The position numbers and the translations under genes are program-made. A stretch of 10,901 bases of DNA. Origin: an archaeon (GTDB lineage: Archaea > Iainarchaeota > Iainarchaeia > Iainarchaeales > Iainarchaeaceae). Location of the stretch: contig DATDXA010000009.1 in NCBI GenBank assembly GCA_035289485.1, forward strand, positions 1 through 10,901, given 5' to 3'. The notes under the pieces were generated by a model, which did no database searches, was not told where the DNA came from, and saw only the letters and a list, made by a program, of their open reading frames with translations. Positions 1 through 6,957 of the stretch are shown here, in pieces (the first letter of the stretch is position 1; every line of letters begins with the position of its first letter).

Positions 1-330
1 CCTGCCTTCGCTTGGCGAGAACAGCCTGCCGGAAAAGTCCCTGCTCACCTGCCAGTTGTCATAGCCAAGATTCGCGCACGCCTTTGTGACCGCGCGCAAG
101 TGCTTCAGGCACAGGTTCGCATAGTCGCTTGGCCAGTCTTCAAAGCCCATGTTGTTCCAAAGCGTGTAATCAAAAGTCGTGTATCCGGTGACGCCGTCAA
201 TTTCGCTCTGCGAGCCCACGGGCCCTGCGCTTGCCGCTCCAAAACTGGAGATGAAAATAAACGCAGCAAGGATTTTTGCAAAAGCCGTTCCATTTGGCAA
301 TTTCATGACCTGCATTACGTTTTTTTCCAT
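1..330 (-). CDS. Putative secreted/surface protein, 5' part only (runs off the left edge)
   Basis: Not in the ORF track. Manual translation from ATG 330 (alternatives 315, 306) is open to base 1: MEKNVMQVMKLPNGTAFAKILAAFIFISSFGAASAGPVGSQSEIDGVTGYTTFDYTLWNNMGFEDWPSDYANLCLKHLRAVTKACANLGYDNWQVSRDFSGRLFSPSEGR. It has a Lys-containing n-region, a hydrophobic stretch and an A-S-A signal-peptidase-like site. Divergent from the 461 gene. Confidence 0.7.
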   Translation of the reverse strand, partial: MEKNVMQVMKLPNGTAFAKILAAFIFISSFGAASAGPVGSQSEIDGVTGYTTFDYTLWNNMGFEDWPSDYANLCLKHLRAVTKACANLGYDNWQVSRDFSGRLFSPSEGR

Positions 331-460
331 ATAAAAGCCTTTGTTTTGCCACCCAGTTTTTCAGGCTCAAAGCCTTGCCCGCCCTAACCGCTGAAAATGG
401 CATTGGCCGCAAAAATGGGAAAAGGAACATTTTTATTCAAGGTATTCCAATTAAACCATT

Positions 461-958
461 ATGATTCGTGTGGCTTTTGCGGCTTTCCTCGTTTTATCAA
501 TCCTAAGCGGTTGCGCAGCACCCAGCGCAGAACAATCTGTGGATGAACAAAACGCGCAAACAGAATCTCCACAGAGCCAAGCCCCTTCCGAAGCCGCCCC
601 CGCAGATGCGGCACCCGCGGCTTCTGCTCCCAAGGCGCCTGATGCGGGCATTGTTGCCAAGAACACGGCGCTTTCGAGCGCGCTTGCAACCGGTGGCATT
701 GCGGACGCCGCTGTGGATGTTCAAAATAATCTGATTCTCATGGCCTTCGAGTTGCCATCAGGGATGATTGAGGAAAATGCGGCATTTTATGCAATCGGCG
801 CCGCCACAAACCTTGCGGACAACGGCCAGGACATCAAAGTGGAAGTTTTCAGCGGCGCGCAGTCAACAATTTATTCTGTGAGCTCTGCGGAAGCAAAAAA
901 GTTCGTTGCAGGCGAAACAACCGCAGGGCAGTTCAGGCTCTCGCTCAAGAAGACCTGA
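461..958 (+). CDS. Putative lipoprotein with Ala/Pro/Gln-rich linker, unknown function
   Basis: MIRVAFAAFLVLSILSGC is a basic residue + hydrophobic core + lipobox LSG-C. A low-complexity linker (QSQAPSEAAPADAAPAASAPKAP) precedes a globular-looking C-terminal domain. Confidence 0.8.
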   Translation: MIRVAFAAFLVLSILSGCAAPSAEQSVDEQNAQTESPQSQAPSEAAPADAAPAASAPKAPDAGIVAKNTALSSALATGGIADAAVDVQNNLILMAFELPSGMIEENAAFYAIGAATNLADNGQDIKVEVFSGAQSTIYSVSSAEAKKFVAGETTAGQFRLSLKKT

Positions 959-969
959 AAAATTTAAAA

Positions 970-1335
970 TTACCTGTTCACAATGGTTTTGAATGCGCCA
1001 TACATCATGCGCTTCATGTCAAATGGCATTGATTTTTCATTAAACCCCGCATTCATACTCGGGTCTTTCATCACTTTTGCATTCACCGCCTTCTGGTGCT
1101 TTTTGGATTTGTATACTATCCATGAGAAAACAACTGTTTCCCCTTTTCTTGCCCTGATTCCTTTTGGGAATGGAAGGCAGCCCGGCATTCCTTTCAAATC
1201 ATCCCCCACGCACTCGAAATATTCCAATGCGCCGTATTTCATCCACACTTTTGCGCCCATCTTTGCCATTTTTTTATAGGCATTCAAATTCTTTTTTGGA
1301 ATTGGTATTACAAACCCATCAACATATTTTCCCAT
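970..1335 (-). CDS. DUF1428 (YbaA-like) family protein
   Basis: Family-typical motifs YVDGFVIP, YGALEY.EC.GDD, FP...GETVVFSWIVY.SK, KVMKDP, MPFD.KRM.YG.F. SD-like GGGAGG lies ~8 nt upstream of the ATG. Confidence 0.92.
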   Translation of the reverse strand: MGKYVDGFVIPIPKKNLNAYKKMAKMGAKVWMKYGALEYFECVGDDLKGMPGCLPFPKGIRARKGETVVFSWIVYKSKKHQKAVNAKVMKDPSMNAGFNEKSMPFDMKRMMYGAFKTIVNR

Positions 1336-1385
1336 AGTCAGAGCCTCCCATTATTTGCACTGGAATTATATCTATGCTTGCGTTC

Positions 1386-1400
1386 TTTAAAAATTTTTCT
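1386..1400 (-). promoter_or_regulatory. Putative archaeal BRE/TATA promoter for the DUF1428 gene
   Basis: Minus strand reads AGAAAAATTTTTAAA (purine run + TTTAAA), ~50 nt upstream of ATG 1335, leaving room for the SD-containing leader. Confidence 0.45.
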
Positions 1401-1480
1401 GCAAAAAATTGGAGAATAACAATTGTGCAGTGCAAATTGGCCACCAATTGGTATTTATTTGCGCGAATTATATTCTGTAT

Positions 1481-2188
1481 ATGCCGCCACAAAGAGGCTA
1501 TAGCTTTTTGCGCAAAAAGCCGCAGTATGGCGCTAGCATTGGCTCTGGAGTGGAATCTGTTGTCCGCCCTGTTTTGAACCGGAAAGAGAAGGTTGTTCAC
1601 AAGGTTTTCCGGCTTCCGTGGATTTCGCAGCACTATTACATGGGTGGAAACATCAATTACATTTCTAGGCTTGCCCATACCTACACAATCCCTATCAGGG
1701 ATATGCAACCGCCAAAAAAGGGCAGGCGTGGCTTGCAAACGGTTCCGCGAGAACACTGGGAGAAAATATCATTTCTTCTCGCTGCCCATTCCGCCAATGT
1801 GGCCGCCGAAGTGAAAAGGCTTGGCATCAAAACCCCGAAGGTTTTCAGGCCGGTTTCGGTTAAGGGGGAAAGCGGGCATTTCTGGGTTGTTGAGATGAGC
1901 GATTTGAGGCGCAAGGACAGGGTATTAGTCGAAGGCCCTGCCATTTATGATATCCACAAGACCATTCCTAATCTTCCACCTTCTGTTCAAAGGGAGATTG
2001 CCCAAAAAATGAGCCTGCTGGAGTCGCAGATAACTTCAAGTGGATTTGCATACGATGACCGCCATAAGAGATATGGCAGCTGGCTGGTTTCGATAAACCC
2101 GAAAACCAATGCGTATGAACTCATATTTACTGACGCCACGAACTGGAGGGATTTGCGCACGGGGCCGCAGGCGCCAAAAACTAGCTGA
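1481..2188 (+). CDS. Divergent atypical protein-kinase-fold protein (RIO/Bud32/Kdo-like), 235 aa
   Basis: Start re-assigned from TTG 1409 to in-frame ATG 1481 (TATTTATT at 1452-1459, no SD). Motifs occur in kinase order: Gly loop IGSGVESVV, VVHK, LGIKTPKV, VVEMSDL, degenerate catalytic loop YDDRHKRYGSWLV, and IFTDAT at the DFG position. Confidence 0.6.
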   Translation: MPPQRGYSFLRKKPQYGASIGSGVESVVRPVLNRKEKVVHKVFRLPWISQHYYMGGNINYISRLAHTYTIPIRDMQPPKKGRRGLQTVPREHWEKISFLLAAHSANVAAEVKRLGIKTPKVFRPVSVKGESGHFWVVEMSDLRRKDRVLVEGPAIYDIHKTIPNLPPSVQREIAQKMSLLESQITSSGFAYDDRHKRYGSWLVSINPKTNAYELIFTDATNWRDLRTGPQAPKTS

Positions 2189-2201
2189 TGCTATATCAGC
2201 T
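2183..2201. terminator. Small hairpin between convergent genes (possible terminator or 3'-end structure)
   Basis: Perfect 7-bp inverted repeat AGCTGAT-gctat-ATCAGCT overlapping the kinase-like stop codon. AACTAGCT occurs twice nearby (2179-2186, 2208-2215). Confidence 0.3.
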
Positions 2202-2218
2202 TCAAATAACTAGCTCTC

Positions 2219-3238
2219 TTACCCAAACTTCCTTCCAACTGCCTGCGCAACGCCTTTTAGTTCCTTATAGAGCTTTTCAAACTCTGCGGGCTTTAGCTGC
2301 TGCGCATTGTCTGAAAGCGCGTTCTCTGGATCGGTGTGCACTTCAATTAATAGCCCATCCGCTCCAACCGCGATTGCGGCCTTGCTTAGAGCCGGAATCG
2401 GCCCGCGCTTTCCCGCCGCATGGCAAGGGTCGACGATTATTGGGAGGTGAGTCAACTCTTTTAATATTGGAATTGCGCTAAGGTCTAGCGTGTTTCGTGT
2501 GAACGGCTCGGATGTGCGTATCCCGCGCTCGCAGAGTATCACCTTGTTGTTCCCCTCGTTCATTATGTACTCTGCGGCAAAGAGCCATTCCTCAATTGTT
2601 GTTGAAATCCCGTTCTTTAAAATCACGGGCTTGTCAACTTTTCCCACTTCCTTTAGCAAATCAAAGTTCTGGGTGTTGCGAGCGCCAACGCGGAGCATAT
2701 CAACATGCCTTGCCGCTTCTTCGACATTGCGCGTATCCATTACCTCGGTTTCAACAATCATTCCGGTTTCCTTGCGCACCTTGTCAAGAATCTTCAGGGC
2801 TTTTGGGCCCATTCCCTGGAATGCGTAAGGTGAAGTGCGCGGCTTGTAAGCTGATGCGCGCATCACGCGCACGCCCATTTTCTTGAGCGTATTTGCGATG
2901 GTAAACATCTGCTCTTCACTCTCAACACTGCAAGGGCCTGCAATCATCACAACTTCATTGCCGCCGATTTTTACTCCCTTGCCCAAATCAACAACAGTAT
3001 TATCCGGATGGATTTCGCGAGAAGCCCTCCTATATGGCTTCTGGATAGGCATTACGCTTTCCACGTAATCCAGGCTTTCAAATATTTCCTTGTCTATTTT
3101 GGACTCATCCCCGATTACGCCCACAATGGTTTTGCTCTCGCCAATAGAGATGTGCGCCTTGAGCCCGGCTTTTTTAATTATCTCCGAAATATGGTCTAGT
3201 TCCTTCTGCCCGACTCCTTTTTCCATTACAATTATCAT
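2219..3238 (-). CDS. aroF: 3-deoxy-D-arabino-heptulosonate 7-phosphate (DAHP) synthase, class I-beta, with N-terminal ferredoxin-like/ACT regulatory domain
   Basis: MIIVM...IVGVIGD regulatory domain; IAGPCSVE, KPRTSPY.FQG, VGARN.QNF.LL, LCERGIR, IVDP.H, EVH..P..ALSD motifs. Start at ATG 3238 has an AAGGAGG SD and an ATGA overlap with the tktC stop. Confidence 0.96.
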   Translation of the reverse strand: MIIVMEKGVGQKELDHISEIIKKAGLKAHISIGESKTIVGVIGDESKIDKEIFESLDYVESVMPIQKPYRRASREIHPDNTVVDLGKGVKIGGNEVVMIAGPCSVESEEQMFTIANTLKKMGVRVMRASAYKPRTSPYAFQGMGPKALKILDKVRKETGMIVETEVMDTRNVEEAARHVDMLRVGARNTQNFDLLKEVGKVDKPVILKNGISTTIEEWLFAAEYIMNEGNNKVILCERGIRTSEPFTRNTLDLSAIPILKELTHLPIIVDPCHAAGKRGPIPALSKAAIAVGADGLLIEVHTDPENALSDNAQQLKPAEFEKLYKELKGVAQAVGRKFG

Positions 3239-4206
3239 TGCGTCCCCTCCTTTGTGCAAGATATCACCCTTTTTACAATAGCCTCAGCGTCAAGCTGGTA
3301 TTTTTTGTACAATTCTGCGGGCTTTCCTGATTCCGCAAATGAATTGCGCATTCCAATCATTCCAAAGCCGCCGCGTCCTTTCCTTGCCGCGATTATTTCC
3401 GCAACCGAGCCTCCGAGCCCGTGGACAACACCGTCTTCTGCTGTAACAATAAAATTCTTCCCCGCTTCTTTTAGCACAGCTTTCGCATCCATTGGCTTAA
3501 CCGAGGCGAAATCCAATACTGAAGCGGAAATCCCTTGCGCTTTTAGCATATCCGCCGCCTTCATGGCTTCTCCAACAAGAGGCCCGATTGCAATTATTGC
3601 GCCATCCGAGCCCTCGCACAGCACAGTTGCCTTCCCAATTTCGAATTCAGGAACTTTGTCATAAAGTATTGGCGTTTTCTCGCGCGCTGTGCGCATATAC
3701 ATAGGACCCTGGTGCTCATACATCGCATAAGCGCATGCAACCGTTTCGTAATAATCCGCTGGGACAAAAACATTCACGTTCGGAATGCTATTCATCACCG
3801 CAATATCTGAAACTTCCTGTCCAGTAGGCCCGTCATCGCCTGTGATGATTCCGCCGTGGCTTCCAACCATCTTCACATTGGTCTGCGAGTACGCAACGCT
3901 CACGCGAATCTGGTCAAGCGAGCGGTTCACCAAAAACGAAGCAAAAGAACTCACGAACGGAACTTTACCGCAGCGCGCTAAGCCAGCGCCCATCGAAACC
4001 ATATCCGCTTCTGAAATCCCGACATACCTGAACCTGCCAGGGAATTTCTTTCCGAAAAGTATCGATTTGGTGCTTTTTGCAAGGTCGGCATCGAGCACTA
4101 CAATATCCTCGTGCTCCTCACCAAGAGCCACAAGCGCGTCTCCGTACCCGTCTCGGGTCGCGACCTTTTCACCGATTTTGTATTTCATCTCAATTGGCAT
4201 AAACAT
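3235..4206 (-). CDS. Transketolase, C-terminal subunit (pyrimidine-binding + C-terminal domains)
   Basis: ATRDGYG.AL, VVLDADL..ST, GISEADM, DQIR.S.AY, G.DGPT, P.YMR..R, SVKP.D, FAESG motifs. In-frame ATGs at 4209, 4206 and 4200; AGAGGA SD at 4211-4216. Confidence 0.94.
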   Translation of the reverse strand: MFMPIEMKYKIGEKVATRDGYGDALVALGEEHEDIVVLDADLAKSTKSILFGKKFPGRFRYVGISEADMVSMGAGLARCGKVPFVSSFASFLVNRSLDQIRVSVAYSQTNVKMVGSHGGIITGDDGPTGQEVSDIAVMNSIPNVNVFVPADYYETVACAYAMYEHQGPMYMRTAREKTPILYDKVPEFEIGKATVLCEGSDGAIIAIGPLVGEAMKAADMLKAQGISASVLDFASVKPMDAKAVLKEAGKNFIVTAEDGVVHGLGGSVAEIIAARKGRGGFGMIGMRNSFAESGKPAELYKKYQLDAEAIVKRVISCTKEGTQ

Positions 4207-4221
4207 CATTTCCTCTATTGG

Positions 4222-4332
4222 TCAGAATCCAAGCTCCTTTATCGCCTTTTCATATTGCTCTGGCGCAACAGTTTCGGCTGTTGGGTGCGATAGCCCAGTT
4301 TCACTGGGCTTGGCTTCGCATTTAAATTTCAT
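4222..4332 (-). CDS. Unannotated 36-aa ORF ending in a copy of the TktN C-terminus (or a displaced relic of a former tktN 3' end)
   Basis: MKFKCEAKPSETGLSHPTAETVAPEQYEKAIKELGF*. ATGA overlap with the tktN stop; AAGGAG 8 nt upstream; last 13 aa match TktN PEQYEKALKELDG at 10 positions. Confidence 0.45.
   Translation of the reverse strand: MKFKCEAKPSETGLSHPTAETVAPEQYEKAIKELGF
4266..4320 (-). other. Two tandem stem-loops between the duplicated tktN ends
   Basis: AGCCCAGT-GAA-ACTGGGCT (4292-4310, with outer TGCGA/TCGCA stem to 4286-4320) and CAACAG-CCGAAA-CTGTTG (4266-4283). Confidence 0.6.
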
Positions 4333-5222
4333 CCATCCAACTCCTTCAACGCTTTTTCGTATTGCTCAGGAGTAAGTGCCTTCCCGTGCATGTCCGGGTC
4401 ATTTTCAATGAATTTCACGCCTTTTCCTTTCACCGTTTTTGCGATTATGCAGGTTGGCCGCTTATCCGCGCGCGCCTTTTGCAAAGCAGGAATAAGCTCT
4501 TCAAACTTGTGCCCGTTGATTTTCAAAACTTTCCACCCGAACGCCTCGAACTTCTTGTCCACGGGTTCGACATCCTTTGTCTTATCCACCCAGCCGTCAT
4601 TTTGCAAATTGTTGCGATCAACTATAACTGTAACATTGTCCAATTTGAGGAATGGCGATTCCATTATAGCTTCCCAGCACTGCCCTTCCTGCAATTCCCC
4701 ATCGCCAAAGAGCACATACACATGGTAATTTTTCTTGTCAAGCTTCCCCGCGAAAGCCATTCCATTCCCGACGCTTAAGCCCGTGCCAAGTGACCCCGTG
4801 GAAATCTCAACTCCCGGAGTTTTCAATCTGTCCGGATGCCCCTGCAGCATGCTATTAATCTGGCGAAGATGCTTTATGTTTTCGCGTGCAAAATAACCTG
4901 CCTGGCAGAGCGCCGCATAAAGCGCAGGAGCAGCGTGTCCCTTGCTCATTATGAAGCGGTCGCGCTCGGCCCATTCAGGCTGCTTTGCATTGTATTTCAT
5001 TTCATGGAAATAAAGCGCTGTAAGAATATCAATGCACGAAAAGCTGCTCGTTGGATGGCCAGAGCCTGCAAGCGTTGTCATCTCAAGGATGTCCTTTCGC
5101 ATGCTCCTTGCTAGCGCCTGAAGTTTCTTCACTTCGTCTTTTGAAATCTTTCCTTTTTTTGGTTCTGTCTTTGTTGCCATATGAATTTCACTTTTGCTAA
5201 TTTCATTATTTCCAATTTTCAT
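4329..5222 (-). CDS. Transketolase, N-terminal (TPP-binding) subunit
   Basis: SGHP..S.S, RDRFIMSKGHAAP.LYA, LQGHP, STGSLG.GLS, TPP motif GDGELQEG...N, TVKGKG, HGK. Start is either ATG 5222 (ATGA overlap with the pheA stop) or ATG 5180 (MATKTE). Confidence 0.95.
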   Translation of the reverse strand: MKIGNNEISKSEIHMATKTEPKKGKISKDEVKKLQALARSMRKDILEMTTLAGSGHPTSSFSCIDILTALYFHEMKYNAKQPEWAERDRFIMSKGHAAPALYAALCQAGYFARENIKHLRQINSMLQGHPDRLKTPGVEISTGSLGTGLSVGNGMAFAGKLDKKNYHVYVLFGDGELQEGQCWEAIMESPFLKLDNVTVIVDRNNLQNDGWVDKTKDVEPVDKKFEAFGWKVLKINGHKFEELIPALQKARADKRPTCIIAKTVKGKGVKFIENDPDMHGKALTPEQYEKALKELDG

Positions 5223-6292
5223 TTTGCTTGCGCCGACTTATCAGGATAACTTCCAAGTATTTTAAGAAAGCCGGTGCTTTTCTTCATTTCCTCAATTGCA
5301 GAATTGACGCCTTTGTCCTCTATAAATCCATCCATATCCACAAAGAACACGTACTCCCAGTTCTTGGAAGCATTCGGCCTTGATTCAATCTTGTTCATGT
5401 TCACTCCGTTGCGCTTTAGCGCTTCGAGCGCGGTAAAGAGAGTTCCTGGCTCGTTTTTCACCGTGAAAAGGATGCTTGTTTTGGATTTTTGGGATTTCTT
5501 TGCGGTTCCTTTTCCAATCACAAGAAACCTTGTCACATTGTTTGCACGGTCCTGGATGTTGCGCGCGAGAATGTTCAATCCGAAGTGCGCCGCGGAAAGC
5601 TCCGAACCAATCCCTGCGGAATTAATGTACAATTTCGCGGATTCAACGCTCTTTGCAGTTGAGGAAACCTCAATAATTTCCGCTTTCGGCAAATTCTTCA
5701 AAAGCCACTCGCGGCACTGTGCAAGCGCCATCGGGTGCACATAAACCTTCTCAATTTCCAAGAGCTTGTATTTTGAAATCAAATTATGCGAAATGGGCTC
5801 TGAAATTTCAGCCACGATATTTAGGGGCGAGTTGATGAACATATCATACGTGTAAGTTACGCTTCCGCCAAGCGAGTTCTCAACCGGGACCACCCCGAAA
5901 TCGGCTTCGCCCTTTTCAACGGAGTTGAACACTTCCTTAATCGAATCGTGCGCCTCATAATCCGCGCTTGAGCCAAAATGCTTTATCGCAGCGCCGTGGC
6001 TGAATGTCGTTTCAGGCCCCAGATAAGAGATTTTCATCGGCTGCTGCGCCTGCCTTGAAGCGCTGAATATTTCGCGGAAAAGCAGCTCAAGCGCATCATT
6101 TGGGAATGTTCCCCCGTTCTCTTTCTTTAGAAGTGCAATGATTTCCTCTTCGCGCGCGCTGTCATAGACGCTCTCGCCGCGCTTTTTCTTTTCCGCGCCG
6201 ATTTCGAGGGCGAGGCCTATGCGCTTATTTAGCAAATCAACCATTTCGGCGTCGATTTTGTTTATCTGTGCGCGTGCCTTTTCCATGTCCAT
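5219..6292 (-). CDS. pheA: Bifunctional chorismate mutase/prephenate dehydratase (P-protein) with C-terminal ACT domain
   Basis: AroQ domain (R.QI..ID...V.LLN.R...IG..K...YD..RE); YLGP..TFSH.AA, VVPVENS, HP.ALAQC, N.TRF, IESRP and LGSYP motifs. Likely start ATG 6292 (or 6286) rather than TTG 6325. Confidence 0.95.
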   Translation of the reverse strand: MDMEKARAQINKIDAEMVDLLNKRIGLALEIGAEKKKRGESVYDSAREEEIIALLKKENGGTFPNDALELLFREIFSASRQAQQPMKISYLGPETTFSHGAAIKHFGSSADYEAHDSIKEVFNSVEKGEADFGVVPVENSLGGSVTYTYDMFINSPLNIVAEISEPISHNLISKYKLLEIEKVYVHPMALAQCREWLLKNLPKAEIIEVSSTAKSVESAKLYINSAGIGSELSAAHFGLNILARNIQDRANNVTRFLVIGKGTAKKSQKSKTSILFTVKNEPGTLFTALEALKRNGVNMNKIESRPNASKNWEYVFFVDMDGFIEDKGVNSAIEEMKKSTGFLKILGSYPDKSAQAK

Positions 6293-6542
6293 TTTTCCAG
6301 CTTCCTTTTTGGCAATTTTTAGCAAAACTCATTTAATTTTTCCGAACGCTTTTTTTCCGATTTCGCGGATTCCACTCCTGTCTAAGACTTTTGAATCAGG
6401 CTCCATAATTATGTAGAGAGCCTTTATTACCAAAAGAAATAGAAGAAGGAATTAAAATAAATCGCGACTGCCTTCGCTGCCTTTTGAACCGTATTTTTGC
6501 TCGTGATATAGGCAACTGAATGCATAAAAGAAATATTAGCCT

Positions 6543-6555
6543 AAAGTAATATAAA
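6543..6555 (+). promoter_or_regulatory. Putative BRE/TATA promoter of a leaderless gene
   Basis: AAAGTAA followed by TATAAA (6550-6555), 25-30 nt upstream of ATG 6580; no SD. Confidence 0.55.
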
Positions 6556-6579
6556 TGCCTTTTGCCATCCCCTATTTGG

Positions 6580-6957
6580 ATGCCTAAACACAATCGCCCA
6601 AGACTTGGAAGGGTAACTAAAGACATCGGGCTTTTGAAGGAAGCCAAGACTTTGGCAAACAGAGAAATGGCCAGGAGGGCCAATAGATTTGGAGAGCATT
6701 TGGAAGGCAGGGATTCACTTCCTCATGCCACCTTTCTCGCGCTTGAAGGCTATAGCGAAGCAGAAGCACAAAAGAGGCTTTACAAGCATCTTAGACAAAG
6801 TGCCAGTCCAGATGTTGCAAGGGCAATTATTCCCAATGCTTTGCGCAACCAGTTCAGGCCTGTTAGGAAAGCGCTTCGTGATTTGAGAAAAAACGCCGCC
6901 ACTAAATCATCGAAAGCACAATCGCAATCGGCAAAGCGCAGAGCAAGGTCCCGATAA
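6580..6957 (+). CDS. Hypothetical highly basic protein (125 aa)
   Basis: MPKHNRPRLGRVTK... Arg/Lys-rich ORF filling the gap between pheA and the transporter, with a TATA box at leaderless spacing. The 3' end overlaps the convergent transporter by 56 nt. Confidence 0.6.
   Translation: MPKHNRPRLGRVTKDIGLLKEAKTLANREMARRANRFGEHLEGRDSLPHATFLALEGYSEAEAQKRLYKHLRQSASPDVARAIIPNALRNQFRPVRKALRDLRKNAATKSSKAQSQSAKRRARSR

Larger units (their letters stand above)
4222..4370 (-). repeat. Diverged 42-nt direct repeat of the tktN 3' end (4329-4370 and 4222-4263)
   Basis: CCTGAGCAATACGAAAAAGCGTTGAAGGAGTTGGATGGATGA vs CCAGAGCAATATGAAAAGGCGATAAAGGAGCTTGGATTCTGA. 26/33 nt identical over the first 11 codons; stop codons in the same register. 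Confidence 0.88.

Noticed and set aside
100..430. Track ORFs 100-387(+), 105-293(-) and 197-430(-)
   Set aside because: They overlap the better-supported signal-peptide ORF 1-330(-) and lack protein-like features.
1409..1480. N-terminal extension of the kinase-like ORF from TTG 1409
   Set aside because: It runs through AT-rich divergent promoter DNA; ATG 1481 with a TATA at leaderless spacing is more plausible.
4286..4331. UGA followed by a GAA-containing hairpin as a possible SECIS/selenocysteine signal
   Set aside because: The UGA is at the normal TktN C-terminus, not at a Cys-equivalent site. The hairpin does not cleanly fit the archaeal GAA/A motif, and readthrough in frame 0 gives unrelated sequence.
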